A stretch of 64,000 bases of DNA from Gouania willdenowi (lineage: Eukaryota), in NCBI RefSeq assembly GCF_900634775.1, contig NC_041060.1, forward strand, positions 14,661,051 to 14,725,050, written 5' to 3'. The notes below the pieces were generated by a model that saw only the letters and a list, made by a program, of their open reading frames with translations, was not told where the DNA came from and did not search any database. This document shows, in pieces, positions 24,413 to 36,872 of the stretch; positions within the stretch are counted from its first letter, which is position 1; every line of letters begins with the position of its first letter. A program made the translations under genes and the position numbers.

Positions 24413-25236
24413 GTACGAGTTTACCTGTTCTCTCTGCAATCATGTCAGATGTGGGTTCTGTCAAACTGGTGCCGGTACATGGATGGGATGTTAATGGATG
24501 TGTTAAAAAGTAATGTCTTCATTAAGGATGTAAGAAAAAATAAATTTTACCGCACGATTATCGTATCAATCCATAAAATGTCCAGATGGATTTTTTTTAA
24601 TCATGTGTTTTCAGGAAAAAACATTAAATTGCGCTAACATGCATAGCACGTAAACGCCCGGTCACTAGGTGTCAGTGAACTACATCAAACCTTGTTAAAC
24701 TACCTCACTACTCTGCATTTTATTTTCATTAAACATACTAGGCACTTTTATAGATGTACAGTATGTGGTTACTTTAAAAAAAATAATAATAATAACTTGG
24801 AAGCAAAGGTTAAACTTTTTTTTGAAAAAAAAATGTAATTTGACAGTTTGATTAACAAACTACTTGAATTACATTTAGTTACCATTTACTTGTTCTCCCA
24901 AGTTTAAAAAGAAAATGCCTTTTATTTCAAACAATTTTGTACTTGTAAAGGTGAAATTTGTAATTATTGATATTATGATGTATCACAATGTATATCACAT
25001 TGTGTAGTATCGCGATATATTGTATCGTGACATGCAAATCATGAATCGTATCGTCAGATTCAAGGCAATGCACACCCCTAGTCTTCATACAAGCCGACAC
25101 TGGTAATACCTGAGATGCTCATCTTAGTCAAAAAGCAGGGCAGCTAGTGGTGAAATGCAAAAATATAAAATATTTTAAAGAAGCAATGACTGAAGTGTAA
25201 GCATTTAAGTGGTTTTTCATTTTCCTCTGCATTTAG

Positions 25237-25504
25237 CCAAAGGCTCTACACTATGGATCTGCTGGACCGATACTGTAAAGCTCTGGAGACGTCAGTTCAG
25301 ATCTCCTGTCGCTACAACTTGCCTCCACTCCCTGGACGAACTGTCATCCTGCTCACCTCTTGTAGGTCATATTACACATCTAAGGCAGAGAAACATGATT
25401 TCTGTCTCCCTCCTGACCCAGAGAAAACCGACAAAGAGGAGAAAAAACCACGCAGAAGAAGGAGGAGAATGAGTGATGAAGAACCTGATGACCTCAGTCC
25501 TTCT
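25237..25504 (+). CDS. tep1: TEP1 exon 12, VWA-like region
   Basis: LLDRYCKALETSVQISCRYNLPPLPGRTVILLT compared with human MLNRYRQALETAVNLSVKHSLPLLPGRTVLVYLT. Confidence 0.9.
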
Positions 25505-25584
25505 GTAGGTGTCTTTTTTTTAAAGCAATAAAGTACTGTAAAACGGGTAACTAATATCTCTTTGTATCCTTAAACATGATACAG

Positions 25585-25737
25585 ATGCAAGAGATCGGAG
25601 TTTTGCTCTCCCTGATGATCCACAGCAGTGCTGAAGATTGTATGTTCTGCTTGACCAACAATTATCACTGCGAAGAAGTCAAGCTGAAGTCTGATGTCCT
25701 TTTGGATAACGTCAGGGCTGTGGTCAAACAGTCAAAG
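25585..25737 (+). CDS. tep1: TEP1 exon 13
   Basis: GVLLSLMIHSSAEDCMFCL..LLDNVRAVVKQSK compared with human YALLLIGMMITRAEQVDVVLCGGDTLKTAVLKAEE. Confidence 0.85.
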
Positions 25738-26516
25738 GTTTCCACATCTCTTTGTTTACAGCATTTTATCATGAAGTGCAATAAAAACTTAAATAGTAAC
25801 TAAACTCCCAGGTTTCTGCTAACCTGCCACGAGGGGGGAGTTAAAACCTTGATTATGTGCGTGGCTCCTGGAGCACTTAAGATACACCCACTCTATACTA
25901 TAAAATATCCTAAGAACAATTTATGCTATGTTAACTAGCTACTCATTACTCAATATAACTCTCGATTCACGATTCTCTCAGTCAAACCTACTCACCACAG
26001 ATTGCAGAGTCCACAGGTGGTAGTTTATATAGAAGGGGCGGAGCCAAAAGTGAAGCATGATGGTCCAATGACGTCGCAGAATCTTGTTCTCAGACAATAG
26101 CAAAATTCAATTGTAATAGCCAGGTTTTAGCCCATAGAGGGCAGTCACGCTGGCATCTGTCACTGCTTCAGGACAGACAATAAAGTCCATCTATTCTATT
26201 GTATCTATTTTATAACAAAATATGCCAAATTAAAATACTTTAAGTAAAATGTTGAGTTGGACCAGGATCAACCAACAACACTACTTTATACCCAAATACA
26301 TTTGTATTTATCAGAAAAAATTGGTTTTGGGGTTTTGTTCCACTTTAATTCAACATTTTCAGGTTAAAAATGTTTTGTTACCATTTATGTCTTTAATCTA
26401 CTACCTTCAGAAACTTGGTAGACTAACATTAGACACCTATAGACTCCTAAATGGCTTTACTAAAGTATTTTTAAAAAAGGGTTTTAGTTTTAACATTGTG
26501 TTCTTCTCTTTAAAAG

Positions 26517-26588
26517 GAATTTCAGAATGTGGATTATAACAAGAGAAACACAAATTACTTTCACACGACATTCACCAAGAAAAACAAG
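26517..26588 (+). CDS. tep1: TEP1 exon 14
   Basis: 24 aa phase-0 exon between acceptor ctttaaaag and donor gtaagt. The acceptor choice (26517 or 26525) is uncertain. Confidence 0.55.
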
Positions 26589-26667
26589 GTAAGTTATTGT
26601 TTAATTAATGTGGTTATGATGTGGTTACTTTCTGCTTTATTTAAAGTCTCCTTTCTTAAAATCTCAG

Positions 26668-26789
26668 GTGGACAACATCATCGTGCTGAATGACTCTTGG
26701 TTAGACAATGATATCACGTGGGCCATCAGTAGCTACAAGAAAGATATAAACAGCGAAGTCCTGGTGGTGCAAATTGATTTAGTGGATTG
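26668..26789 (+). CDS. tep1: TEP1 exon 15
   Basis: Acceptor atctcag, donor gtaaga. Phase is compatible with its neighbours. Confidence 0.6.
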
Positions 26790-26883
26790 GTAAGAATCAT
26801 GTGTTATTTCTCCATGTAGAATAAAGATAATGGAGCGATTGATCCTTTTGTCTGTAACTCATCTTCAATATTTATGTTATTAG

Positions 26884-26955
26884 TGGTCACGTAGACGTAC
26901 TCCCCCCAGGTCCAAACTTTGTCAAGCTGACCGGCTTCAGTGATCAGATGTTGAG
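26884..26955 (+). CDS. tep1: TEP1 exon 16
   Basis: Acceptor ttattag, donor gtaaat, phase 2 to 2. The intervening acceptor at 26894 is excluded because it gives TGA. Confidence 0.5.
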
Positions 26956-28111
26956 GTAAATTTCACCATCCATTAAAGCTAAACCCACCTCACTGTTTCT
27001 CTTATTGAATGAACTTTGGGTAACTTACTTTTATAAGAATAGACCACGGTTGAGGTCACTTTCATTTTAAGTCACAATTAAATTCATTCAGTTATGGTGA
27101 CCGGTATTTTTTCCACTTAAAATTACAATTATTGTTTTCCCCCTGAAACTCAATTACAATTACGTTCTCAATTACTAAAGTTCAATTACAACTAATCACA
27201 ATTACTGAGTCTGAAATAAATAATCCCAAAAAACATAACCTTCCTCTTGTGTTAGCTTTCTGTTAGCGTGGAATGATAACAGGATAGTTTTGACCCATGT
27301 CTTAAATCAGCTGTAAAATACACTAATAACATATTATCTATCGTCTACTTTGTTTCTCATCTCTTGGTTACTTTATTAGGCTTCATAATCAATGAAAATA
27401 TTGGTTTTAATATTTTTGGTGCGGGTGTCTGAGCCTTTTTTTCTGTCAGTATACCCCTAGATTATTATTTTTTTTTAAATGGTAAGAGAACTGACAGGTG
27501 AACTTGATCTGAAACATATTTCAATAAATATTAACTACGAATGTGTAAGATGTAAGACATAAAATGGTTCCAAATGTTTAACTTGAATTAAATTGAAAGT
27601 GACAGTTTTTATAGAATTTCCAAGACAATTACAATGACATTCAATTGTTTGAACTCAATTACAATTTCATTGTGATTACAACAGCAACAGATTTTTAAAA
27701 TTATCATTACAACTATAATTGTTTCATAATTGTGATTAATTACCAATCACGCAATTGCAATTATAATTGACACCGATCCTGGAAAAGACTAATACATACA
27801 TTAATTTCAGGAGTACAATACTTTTTTCTATTTAATATTGAGTGCGCAAATTCATGCATTGATGCAACTTATTGGCTGTTTTCTATTCAAAAGCATGCGC
27901 GCATCTAGAAAACAAATACAGTTTTAATCATAAGAGTGAAAATGTATGTGCAAGTGACGTGAACGGAGTCTGGAAATTACAGCATGTAGAATTGTAATTA
28001 TTTTTGCGATTGGGTTTATATAAACTTATATAGTTTTGAAATAATGATGGATAGTAATGGATTTGTTATTCTGAAAGCATGTGTTGCACTTTTCTCATAC
28101 TGCACAACTAG

Positions 28112-28255
28112 ATTTGTGGCAGAGCGAGGATCGTCCAGGCTGCTGGATCACGTGGAGCAAATGGATAAACTATTCAACGTCCCTGCACCAAAGGGAGAAA
28201 AACAGGCTCAGAAGACAGACAGCGTTTTGGCAATACCAGCAAGTCCCAAGTTAAG
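28112..28255 (+). CDS. tep1: TEP1 exon 17
   Basis: FVAERGSSRLLDHVEQMDKLFNVPAPKGEK compared with human FIAEHGASHLLEHVGQMDKIFKIPPPPGK. Confidence 0.9.
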
Positions 28256-28269
28256 GTAAAGTTCTGACC

Positions 28270-28870
28270 CGTCTTTTTGTAACAAACCAGGGATGGGCAA
28301 CTCTATCACAATTGGGGGCCACAAAAATGTGATTGTATCTGATTTGAGGGCCACGTTATCAACATTTATGTCAGCATAATAATAACTGATCTGAGCATTA
28401 ATCTCTGTCTATGGCTTTGTTGTTTTGTAAATTTTTAGTCATTTTGTGTTTTTTTTTTAGAGTCATTGTGTGTTTTTGTTGTTTTTTGTGCGCTTGTTGT
28501 AGTTTAGCGTATTTTTTTTGTCATTTCACGTATTTATGTTGTCAATTTGTGCATTTTTGGGGTCACTTTCTGTGTTTTTCGTTGTTTTTTGTATTGTCTT
28601 GTCATTTTGTGTAATTTTGTTGACAGTTTGTGTGTCTTTGGAGCTATTCTGTAATGTGTAGTTGTTTTTTGTGTTTTCGTAGTAATTTTGTTAGTTTAAG
28701 TGGTTTTTGTGTCTGTCTTTTTTGTCATTTTGTGTTTTATGACTCATTTTGTATATTTTTGATATTTTTTGTGTGTTTTTGTGTACTTTGTGGATTTTGC
28801 TGTCAATTTGTGTGTTTTGGGAGTTACTATGTGTATATTATGTTGGGCTTTATATTCCTTCCAACTTCCT
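28270..28870 (+). repeat. Interspersed element with a head (GGGCCACAAAAATGTGATTG...) followed by an approximately 20-bp minisatellite (TTTGTGTGTTTTTGTCATT)n in tep1 intron 17
   Basis: More than 20 tandem degenerate units. The same family occurs inverted at 6520-7020, 52240-52570 and 13050-13200, and in part at 63650-63790. Confidence 0.85.
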
Positions 28871-29028
28871 GAAATACAATTTTTGGGAATTTTTTGGGGG
28901 TGGGGGCGCACAATTGACCGCCAGTTGCCTATGTCTGTATTACACCATTTAAAATTATTTTTTCATCAGCTGCCAAAGCCCTTCAAATTCATATTAATTT
29001 CCATTGCGTTTCTCATTGAACTCCTCAG

Positions 29029-29320
29029 ATGGCGAGGTGTGCGAGTATTTATCTCTTCCACATTCAGAGACATGCACTCAGAACGAGACGTCTTGGTACG
29101 GAATGTCTTTCCCGAGCTTCGCCGGCGTGCTGCGCAGCACTGCCTTTATCTGCAGGAGGTTGAGCTGCGCTGGGGTGTGACGGAGGAGGAGTCGGAGCGA
29201 GCCACAGAGCTGTGCCTGTCGGAGGTGTGCCGCAGTGACATGCTTGTGGGACTCCTGGGAGAGCGATACGGCATGGTGCCCCACAAGCCTGTCCTACCTG
29301 ACCTGCCACAGTATCGCTGG
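29029..29320 (+). CDS. tep1: TEP1 exon 18, TEP1-specific domain upstream of NACHT
   Basis: [53 protein letters not shown] compared with human [55 protein letters not shown]. Confidence 0.95.
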
Positions 29321-29532
29321 GTAAGAATTTAAAAACAAATTGAAACCATAGGACATCAGAACTCTTTTTTTTTATTAGGCAATTAGTGTTATCCAAAATT
29401 AATTATAATGTGATTTAATTTAGAATTATGCTTTGGTCAGTGTTTTTTTCTCATATTTTTTTATTTTCAATTTTTTCCAAAATCAAATCAGTGCCAAAGA
29501 TGTGAAGAAACAAAATGAAAATCTTTGAAGTG

Positions 29533-29650
29533 CAGGCATCGGCTCAGTTGGTAGAGGGAGTTGCCTTCTTTTCGGAAGGTTGGGGGTTTAATCTCAAACT
29601 ATGCCTGTTGCATGTGCATAAGTGTCCTTAAGCAAGACACTGAATTCTAG
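29533..29650 (+). mobile_element. tRNA-derived SINE fragment (GGCTCAGTTGGTAGAG A-box ... GGTTGGGGGTTTAATCTC B-box-like)
   Basis: tRNA-like box A and box B spacing, followed by ..GTCCTTAAGCAAGACAC.. as in the SINE family above. Confidence 0.6.
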
Positions 29651-30194
29651 TTTCTAAATAATTGTTAATTTAATGTACATAAAAGACAAATATTTTAAGT
29701 GCTACAAAATACAGTTACTGTACAAAATATATATGAACTCATTTGTTGTTGTTTTTAAAATACAAGTAATTTTTGGTGCTCGAGTCATATGACTATCGTC
29801 TTCCTTTCAAGGCTGCAGCAGAGCCTACATTACTCTGTAGCTCTCATTCTGATACTCATTAAAACATGAATATGATAAGGTTTTTGAAACATCCTGATCC
29901 CAAGGATTTAGAAAAAAAAACCAAGCCAACTTTTAACATTTATTTACAACATTAAACGATGCCGCTGCATTGACGCACATTTTTGTAGCCAACATTATCA
30001 ATTATGTTGCTAATCATTTTTGCCTTATTGTATATGTTGCACACATTGTGTAACCCCCAACCCCCCCCGCTCACCCCTTCCCTGGCAAGGATTCCAAACT
30101 CTGCCCATGGACTACACGTGTAGTTTAAAGCTCCATGTAAGTGATGTCCATTTGTAATTTAAAAAGTTCAATAATTCCTTTCCTTTTTCTCTAG

Positions 30195-30316
30195 TTGGAT
30201 TCGGCCCCGGACGGTTTGTCCATCACAGAGATGGAAGTGTGTCAGTTTCAGGCGCTTCACCCTGACGTGGCACACCAGCGAATGTTCTGCTACTTTAGAG
30301 ATCCAAACATCTTCAG
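30195..30316 (+). CDS. tep1: TEP1 exon 19
   Basis: SITEMEVCQF...MFCYFRDPNIF compared with human SVTEMEVMQF...ALIYFRDSSF. Confidence 0.9.
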
Positions 30317-30483
30317 GTACGCTCTTCAACCTCAATATGCAAAAACCTCAGTCTTTGATGGCACAATAAAGCGGTTTCAGTTGTTTAACTTTCTTTCTTG
30401 CTCCAAAGTCCTTAACTTGTCTACATTGTATTATATCATCGACATTTTATCAGCTTGTAAGCATGTTATTATCTATTTCTCAG

Positions 30484-30597
30484 CTCTATCCCTGCTGCCT
30501 GGAAATCTGATTTCTCACCTGAATCAAAAGAGGCTCAGGAAAAAATGAGTGCTTTTAAGAAAAGACTCATTGACAGTGGAGTGAAGGTCACAGAGAA
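30484..30597 (+). CDS. tep1: TEP1 exon 20
   Basis: PAAWKSDFSPESKEAQEKMSAFKKRL compared with human [26 protein letters not shown]. Confidence 0.88.
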
Positions 30598-30757
30598 GTG
30601 AGTCAGCTCTTCATAAGTCTGAACGTGCACTATTTATTAAACACAACTGATATTTTAAGTACTAGTTTTAAAGAACTTCCCTAGTTTTCCCAGATCCTTT
30701 TCTAACAAGCCACCACAGCATTATCCTTAATATTTACCACATCCCTAATACTTGCAG

Positions 30758-30875
30758 TTATTCATGTGAATGGGGAGGCATTGTGGATGGAAAGCCACAC
30801 CTGAAAAACCTGGAAAAGTTCAGCAATGCCGTTCTGGAGGATCTTTGGCTCGCTGTTAGGAAGATGTTTGTGGAT
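30758..30875 (+). CDS. tep1: TEP1 exon 21
   Basis: YSCEWGG..LEKFSNAVLEDLWLAVRKMF compared with human [27 protein letters not shown]. Confidence 0.9.
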
Positions 30876-31519
30876 GTAAGTAAGAAAACATTCTATCCAT
30901 CTGAGGCCTCTGGCTGAAATACATTCGTCTGCGGGTTTTTGTTTTTTTTTTTTAGCTCATAGCAAGCTATTTAATGAAAATAATACATACAACAATAGCA
31001 GGGGTTAAATTATGGAACTTTTTAAAGGATGAAATATAACAAAGCACTAACATAAACCAGTTTAAAAAGCTTTTCACATCATATATTGTTAGTAAGTATA
31101 AGAAAGAAGAGCAATAATTTCACCTTGGACAGCAATAATATATAACATGTATATAATGGTATAAAATACATTAATACTTAATAAACATAATAAAACATAT
31201 ATATTGAGATAGAGAATATTATTTTAAATATTGACACACTATATTTAAAATTTAATTGATGAAAATTGTGCAGTAAATATTAAATAGTGTATTATTATTA
31301 CGTACATGCATGTGTGTAAATGTGTGAACGTATATACCTTTTATGTATTTGTGTGATGTGCATGTATAAATAGAACTTTGTGCAGAATGTGTATTGTAAA
31401 ACTAGTAACATAAGTCTCCTAATTATATCATGCCAGTGTTGTTTGTTCTGTTTTCTTTTTTTTTTTAGTTTTTATGAAGAATGCCGAAATAAAATTAAAA
31501 TTTCTCCATCATCTTGTAG

Positions 31520-31708
31520 GAAGCAGAGAACTTAGAGGCTGCGACAGAGGTGCGCGAGCAGGAGGCTCACCAGGAGGCGCTGAGGAAGCAGTTCATCGGC
31601 AGGTCAAAGTTGCTCTCCGAAGCAATCGACAGAGTGGAGCGTTCACAGGACAAAGGATGGATCACTGTAGTAAAGGGAGGATCTGGCCACGGCAAGACTG
31701 TTTTCATG
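31520..31708 (+). CDS. tep1: TEP1 exon 22, NACHT Walker A / P-loop
   Basis: WITVVKGGSGHGKTVFM compared with human LSLVTGQSGQGKTAFL. Acceptor cttgtag, donor gtaaat, 63 codons. Confidence 0.9.
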
Positions 31709-31900
31709 GTAAATTGAATTTCCCACCAGTAGTAAACAAAGAATGACTGTAAAATTATTGTCTTGCTAGCTATATATTTACTGATGGAAATCTGCCCTTT
31801 GATCCACTCTACATAGCACGATGAGACAGTCCAGTACACTCAGGGTCTAACCCACCATCGACCTTAGTGTTGAAAGTTGTTTCTTCTTCCTAATACACAG

Positions 31901-32079
31901 GCTGCTCTTGCAGAAGCTCTTAAATCTGGTGTTAAATCAAAGAAACATTCAGTCATCTCCTACTCTACTGCTGCCAGCCAATCAGCTCGATCCGTTCAGA
32001 ACCTTCTCCGATGCCTCGTCTTGTGTCTTAAAGATATGAACGGCACAAAGGAGCAAACTCCATTGGCCTGCTCCTACAA
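31901..32079 (+). CDS. tep1: TEP1 exon 23, NACHT
   Basis: Follows the P-loop exon. LLRCLVLCLKD compared with human LLRRLCTYLRG. Confidence 0.8.
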
Positions 32080-32161
32080 GTGGGTTGCTGGCATTTTTTT
32101 TTTCTCCCAACCGAAAACAACCTACCAACTCTTTATGATTAAAATGTCTTTATTATCACAG

Positions 32162-32303
32162 GGAGATGCTGGCAGAATTTCACTCATTGTTGAATGATGA
32201 GAAAAGCTGTAAGCCTCTGGTGGTGTTGGTTGATGGAGTGGATCTAGTCCAGGATGGCAGAGGTCAGCTTAGCTGTGATTGGATCCCACAGCAGCTTCCA
32301 CAG
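32162..32303 (+). CDS. tep1: TEP1 exon 24, NACHT Walker B region
   Basis: KPLVVLVDGVDLVQDGRGQLSCDWIPQQLPQ compared with human TQVLIIDGADRLVDQNGQLISDWIPKKLPR. Confidence 0.92.
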
Positions 32304-33533
32304 GTAGGTGTGACAGATGAGGATAAAGGAAGCTTGATGGCTCTAAAGTGTAAGATTGGAAACAAAAGTCTGTCTCAGTTTTACACTCCAAATATTTTAC
32401 TCTTTATTTATTTTGTGAAATGTAATTTGACTGTTGGAGAGCTCCAATATTTGTGAATAAAACTTTTTGTAGCGCCACTGTCTAGGCAAATTTATTTGTA
32501 TAGCGCATTTCATACACAAGGCAACTCAATGTGCTTTACATGATAAAACATTCTACAGCTTAAAATCAATAAGAACATTCAAAGTCATCAGTAAAATCCA
32601 TTAAAATCATCAACAAACACATAACATCAACAGCATGACCAAAAATCTCTCTCTCAATCATACGCATTAGAGAAAAATGTGCCTTTAACTTAGAGGCTGC
32701 GACAGATGTATAACAAGTCTTGTAACAAGTGTAACAAGTCTTTTTTTTTTGTTTTTGATGGAAATAATATCTGATTAAAAAAGGGGTTAATAAAAAATGT
32801 TGTGCTGTTAGATTACTTTCTATAACAAATGAACAAAGTTGCCTGATTTTCATGGTATGCATCAGTGTTGTATTTACACTGTTGTTAAAATATTCTGTTC
32901 TAAAAAAAATTATAAATAATTAATTACCTGGCAATGATCCCCCTACCAAGCATTCGTTAGAACAAGTAACAATGACCTATTGAATGCATACATTTCAATT
33001 AAAAACAAGTACCATACCACCCAGAACAGAAACAGTTATTCCAGTGTTTATCCAATTTAAAATAAAAGTTAAAAACACAATAAAAGGGTCATTACCATTA
33101 TTTGAAATTGTAATACTTAGCAATAGTAAATTGCAAAGTTCAATGGACATTATGACAGTTAATTTTTCAGCTTGGGGCTTTAATGAAAACAAGGTTTTTT
33201 TTTTAATTGTTGTTCTGAAGACATAAAGGCTTTATCATATCTGCAATTGGGAATGTAATATTATAGTATAATGATGCTATTGATAGGGCTGTGTCTTAGG
33301 TCGAGAATGGATTGTTGCTTTTATTGATTTTTAAAATCTAAGTCCAACACAAAGATTCTCTTTCAGGTTCTGATTTTTTTTTTTTTCTTCTTTTTTTTTT
33401 TTTTTGCATTTAATCTAAATTCAAATTATTTGGACAAAGTTATTTCTCCTTTGATTTGATGTTTATGAGAGTAGGAGGAGCTAATGTGTGTTTCCTGAGA
33501 ACTTGCTATAACACTGACTTTTTCTGTCACCAG

Positions 33534-33713
33534 GGTGTGTGTTTGGTTGTGAGTGCCAATCCAAAATCACCTTTGCTACAAACGTTGCTGGAAAAGCAAA
33601 ACACCATCCCTGTTTACCTCGGACTTCTTAATGTGCCAGAACGAAGGGACATCATTCAGAACAAGCTGGCTGCTTTTGGGAAGAAACTCAGTGACTCTGC
33701 TTTCAACAACCAG
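33534..33713 (+). CDS. tep1: TEP1 exon 25
   Basis: GVCLVVSAN..RRDIIQNKLAAFGKKLSDSAFNNQ compared with human CVHLVLSVSSD..ARLVREELALYGKRLEESPFNNQ. Confidence 0.92.
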
Positions 33714-33818
33714 GTTCTTCTGCTTTTTTTTTTTTTTTTTTTTTTTTTACCTCAAGGACGTGACAATCTTTCTAATCAAGTGAACATTCTAAAATGATGC
33801 ATTGGGTGTGCTTGTCCA

Positions 33819-33911
33819 GCTCCACACATTGATGATGAAGAAAGGGGCAGTCAGTCCTTTCTATCTACACTTGGCCTGTGAGGACCTGAAAAACTTTGCT
33901 TCCTTTGACAA
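33819..33911 (+). CDS. tep1: TEP1 exon 26
   Basis: LHTLMMKKGAVSPFYLHLACEDLKNF compared with human MRLLLVKRESGRPLYLRLVTDHLRLF. Confidence 0.88.
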
Positions 33912-34139
33912 GGTTGGTCCAACTTTGTAATCTAGGTAATCCTTTTATCAACTAATTTGACACAACTATCATGTAATCCTTTCCTGTAGGCCGACATTTC
34001 TAAATGTAACACATGGTTGAACCTTTTTTTTTTTTTTTTTTTTTTTTTGGTTGAACCTTTTTAACACTCAGACACTAAATCCAGTGGTTGGATTCCAGTG
34101 CACTGATTTGGTCTGCATACTTTGGTCTCTGTGTCTTAG

Positions 34140-34275
34140 TTGAAAGATAATGTCCAGGATTTGCCACAGTCTCTGATCCAGCTCGTGCAACACAGTCTGG
34201 AGAGGCTGTGTTGGAACTACAGAGGCATACGTGGACTCCGCTGGGCTCTGGCAGTCCTCACCGTCAGCACCACTG
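34140..34275 (+). CDS. tep1: TEP1 exon 27
   Basis: LPQSLIQLVQHSLERL compared with human LPATVPLLLQHILSTL. Confidence 0.85.
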
Positions 34276-34378
34276 GTAGAAACTTTCATTATTACAGGCA
34301 AAAATCCAACACATTTTAAGTATTCAGGCTTATTCTTGCATTCAATGTTTCAATGGTGTTTTCTGCCAATATTCCCAG

Positions 34379-34538
34379 GCCTTAAGGAGATGGACTTTTA
34401 CTCAGTGCTGAACACTTGCAACACTTTGAGCTCTAAGAGTGAAGTGATCACCTGGGACAATGTGCTGCAGCTGTCCAAGAAGCCTGAAGGACGTGTTCCA
34501 ATGGCGATTTTTACTCGTATAGTGCAAATTTTGCAAAG
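34379..34538 (+). CDS. tep1: TEP1 exon 28
   Basis: Phase 1 to 2, lying between flanking exons that are conserved. Similarity to human is modest. Confidence 0.65.
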
Positions 34539-34920
34539 GTGATTCTCTCAAACCCATCGATTGTTGTCAGTTTTCCCAAACCAATACTTGGCTATGTGTA
34601 CTTGTCAAACCTGATTACCAATACCATACTAATACCACAAACACAAAAACCTATTAAGCAAAGTGCCATTAATTTGAAGACGTATTACATTTTTTTCTCT
34701 GCTTGTTATTATTGTGTATAAATTGAAAAAAGTAATTTAAAAAAATGACGTTTCAAGTGCATTTTCTTTAAAAATTGGACACCCCAGCGGCCAATCCCTA
34801 AAAATACAACAGAAATGAATGGCTGCCATTCAAAGCCATTGGATGCAATGGGGATCGGTTCCTGGTATGGGTGGACTTAATTGAGTATGACATATTGGTG
34901 TTGTATGGGACCCTAGTAAT

Positions 34921-34962
34921 CAGTGTGTGTGTGTGTGTGTGCGTGTGCGTGCGCGTGCGCGT
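34921..34962. repeat. (GT)n/(GCGT)n microsatellite
   Basis: Read directly from the sequence. Confidence 0.9.
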
Positions 34963-35754
34963 CTGGTCTTGTTTATAAATTACATGGTCGAAATAGTTTT
35001 TTCTTTTTATTTAGAGAGACAGTCTATGTTCTTTGATTTTATGTAATCTTCTTTTAACCAGGAAGGTCCCTGGTAGTGAGATTTAAAACATAAGTGAATC
35101 CTATGGCATCAACTTACAATACACACAGTACAAAAGATTTACAGACAAATATAACAATGATCTTATTAGGATCAGTAAAACAGTGACATCTTTTTTATAG
35201 TCTGATTAAATGTTTAAAGCGATTTAGTTGGATCAGCACAGCAAGTTGTTTGACAAAAACACAATATATGAACTTTAAAATGACTTTCCAAAGAAGAAAG
35301 CTCTTCCTTCTTATTTTCTTCTAACAAGTCGACTCATTTTTTCAAGTTATTAGATGTTTTACGATAAAATACGTTTAGAATTGACTCAAGACTTTTAAAT
35401 CTGTCAGACTACGTTGTGACGGATAGATACTTAACTTAAAACAAGTGTTTGCTCTCAGCAAATGTTTCTGAGATCTTCATGGGGAACAATGAAATGAAAA
35501 ATGAAATTGTCAAAAAGAAATATTCGAAAACACCCCCATGGAACACCATGACTCTCAGTATTATCAGATCTTAAATAGAATCTTTAACGTGTTTTAGTTT
35601 TTTCATTATTGAATCATGAGCCCCACTAACAAAAGTGAACCCTAGGAGAACAAGAACAGAGACACAAATGTCCATCTTGTCATAAAAAGTATATTTAAGT
35701 GCGGTTTCCTAAAATCTCTCACTTAATAATTTGAACCTGTCTTGTTCCCTGCAG

Positions 35755-35888
35755 TCTCATTGGTTCATCTCACTGCTACAACACGGATGACCTGTTGACT
35801 CAAACCCACACTGAGGTGAAACAAGCTTTTGAAAACTTCCTCCTCCACGTTGAGAGCGACCGAAAGAAAGCGCATCTAGTCCTAGCAG
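35755..35888 (+). CDS. tep1: TEP1 exon 29
   Basis: Acceptor ccctgcag, donor gtaaaa. Phase is compatible. Similarity is weak. Confidence 0.55.
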
Positions 35889-35958
35889 GTAAAATACAAT
35901 CGGCTTTATATTTTCACTCAAAATGTGGATTTAAATATTTTTTTCCTTTGTGCTTCAG

Positions 35959-36047
35959 CCCATCTGTGGACCCGAGCAGACCCTCAGGGACGAGACACAT
36001 TTCTTCACAGTGAAATGAACTCTCTCATGCATCTTCCACTCAGCCTG
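35959..36047 (+). CDS. tep1: TEP1 exon 30
   Basis: Acceptor gcttcag, donor gtaaga, phase 1 to 0. Confidence 0.55.
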
Positions 36048-36210
36048 GTAAGATGTCAGCCTAATTACTGAAAAACAGTAAAATGGAGTCTGAGTCTGTG
36101 CTCTTTTTGGTTTGTGATCTAAATAAAATTTACCAGTAATAAAATGAATGTAGAAATTTGTTTTTAATGAAATTTACCTTCTGAGTTTCTTTGTTTTATT
36201 TTTTTTCTAG

Positions 36211-36325
36211 GATTATATTGGACAAAGGGATGCTCTTAAGTTTCTACTTTCCAGCTACTACTTCCTGTACGCTAATGTCAGACATGGCCTCCTTCAGCAC
36301 CTCATGGAGACTTACAAATTATATG
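36211..36325 (+). CDS. tep1: TEP1 exon 31
   Basis: Acceptor ttttctag, donor gtgagt. LLQHLMETYKLY. Confidence 0.6.
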
Positions 36326-36515
36326 GTGAGTATTTCCACTTCATAGTTACACTCTATGGCTTTTATAGCGTACCATACGCTACAGGAACACTGCCCCTGT
36401 GCAAATGCAGGAATTTGGATTGGAAAAGGTTTTTGTACCCTGGTTTCCACCCAAAGCCCAAAACCATCTAAAAGTAAAACCTATGGGTCTCATTTCACTT
36501 TCTTATGTCTTGTAG

Positions 36516-36726
36516 GTTGCCTTGACAACCAGCTTGAGGATTGTCATGACTTCCTGCGGCGGCATGCTGTTACACTTTCCTCCTGGCCGGGTCTTTTCAT
36601 TCAGGAGGCTCTCAGAGAGCCGCCGGTGTCTCCTGTTTACGCCTGGGCACAGGGTATGGTGAAGATCGGACGAACCCGACTTGTTCAGTGTCAAAACAAA
36701 AATGTCTGGGATGTTCAGGAGATAAG
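36516..36726 (+). CDS. tep1: TEP1 exon 32
   Basis: DFLRRHAVTLSSWPGLF compared with human TFLRQQASILSQYPRLL. Confidence 0.8.
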
Positions 36727-36872
36727 GTTGGTTTCTTATGGCATGAAGGAATTATTAGAATAATAATTATTAAAAATCAATGAATAAATATGTATAGATT
36801 TGCATTGCTTGATGAATAAACATGATAGCTTAAAATTAACTGCATTTCTTCTCCTTGTGTATTTCACCTCAG

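Noticed and set aside
28411-28952. Cys/Phe-rich ORFs (67-187 aa) across the minisatellite in tep1 intron 17
   Set aside because: They are produced by the approximately 20-bp GT-rich tandem repeat with no stop codons in some frames. Identical repeat copies elsewhere sit in the opposite orientation. No splice context supports coding.
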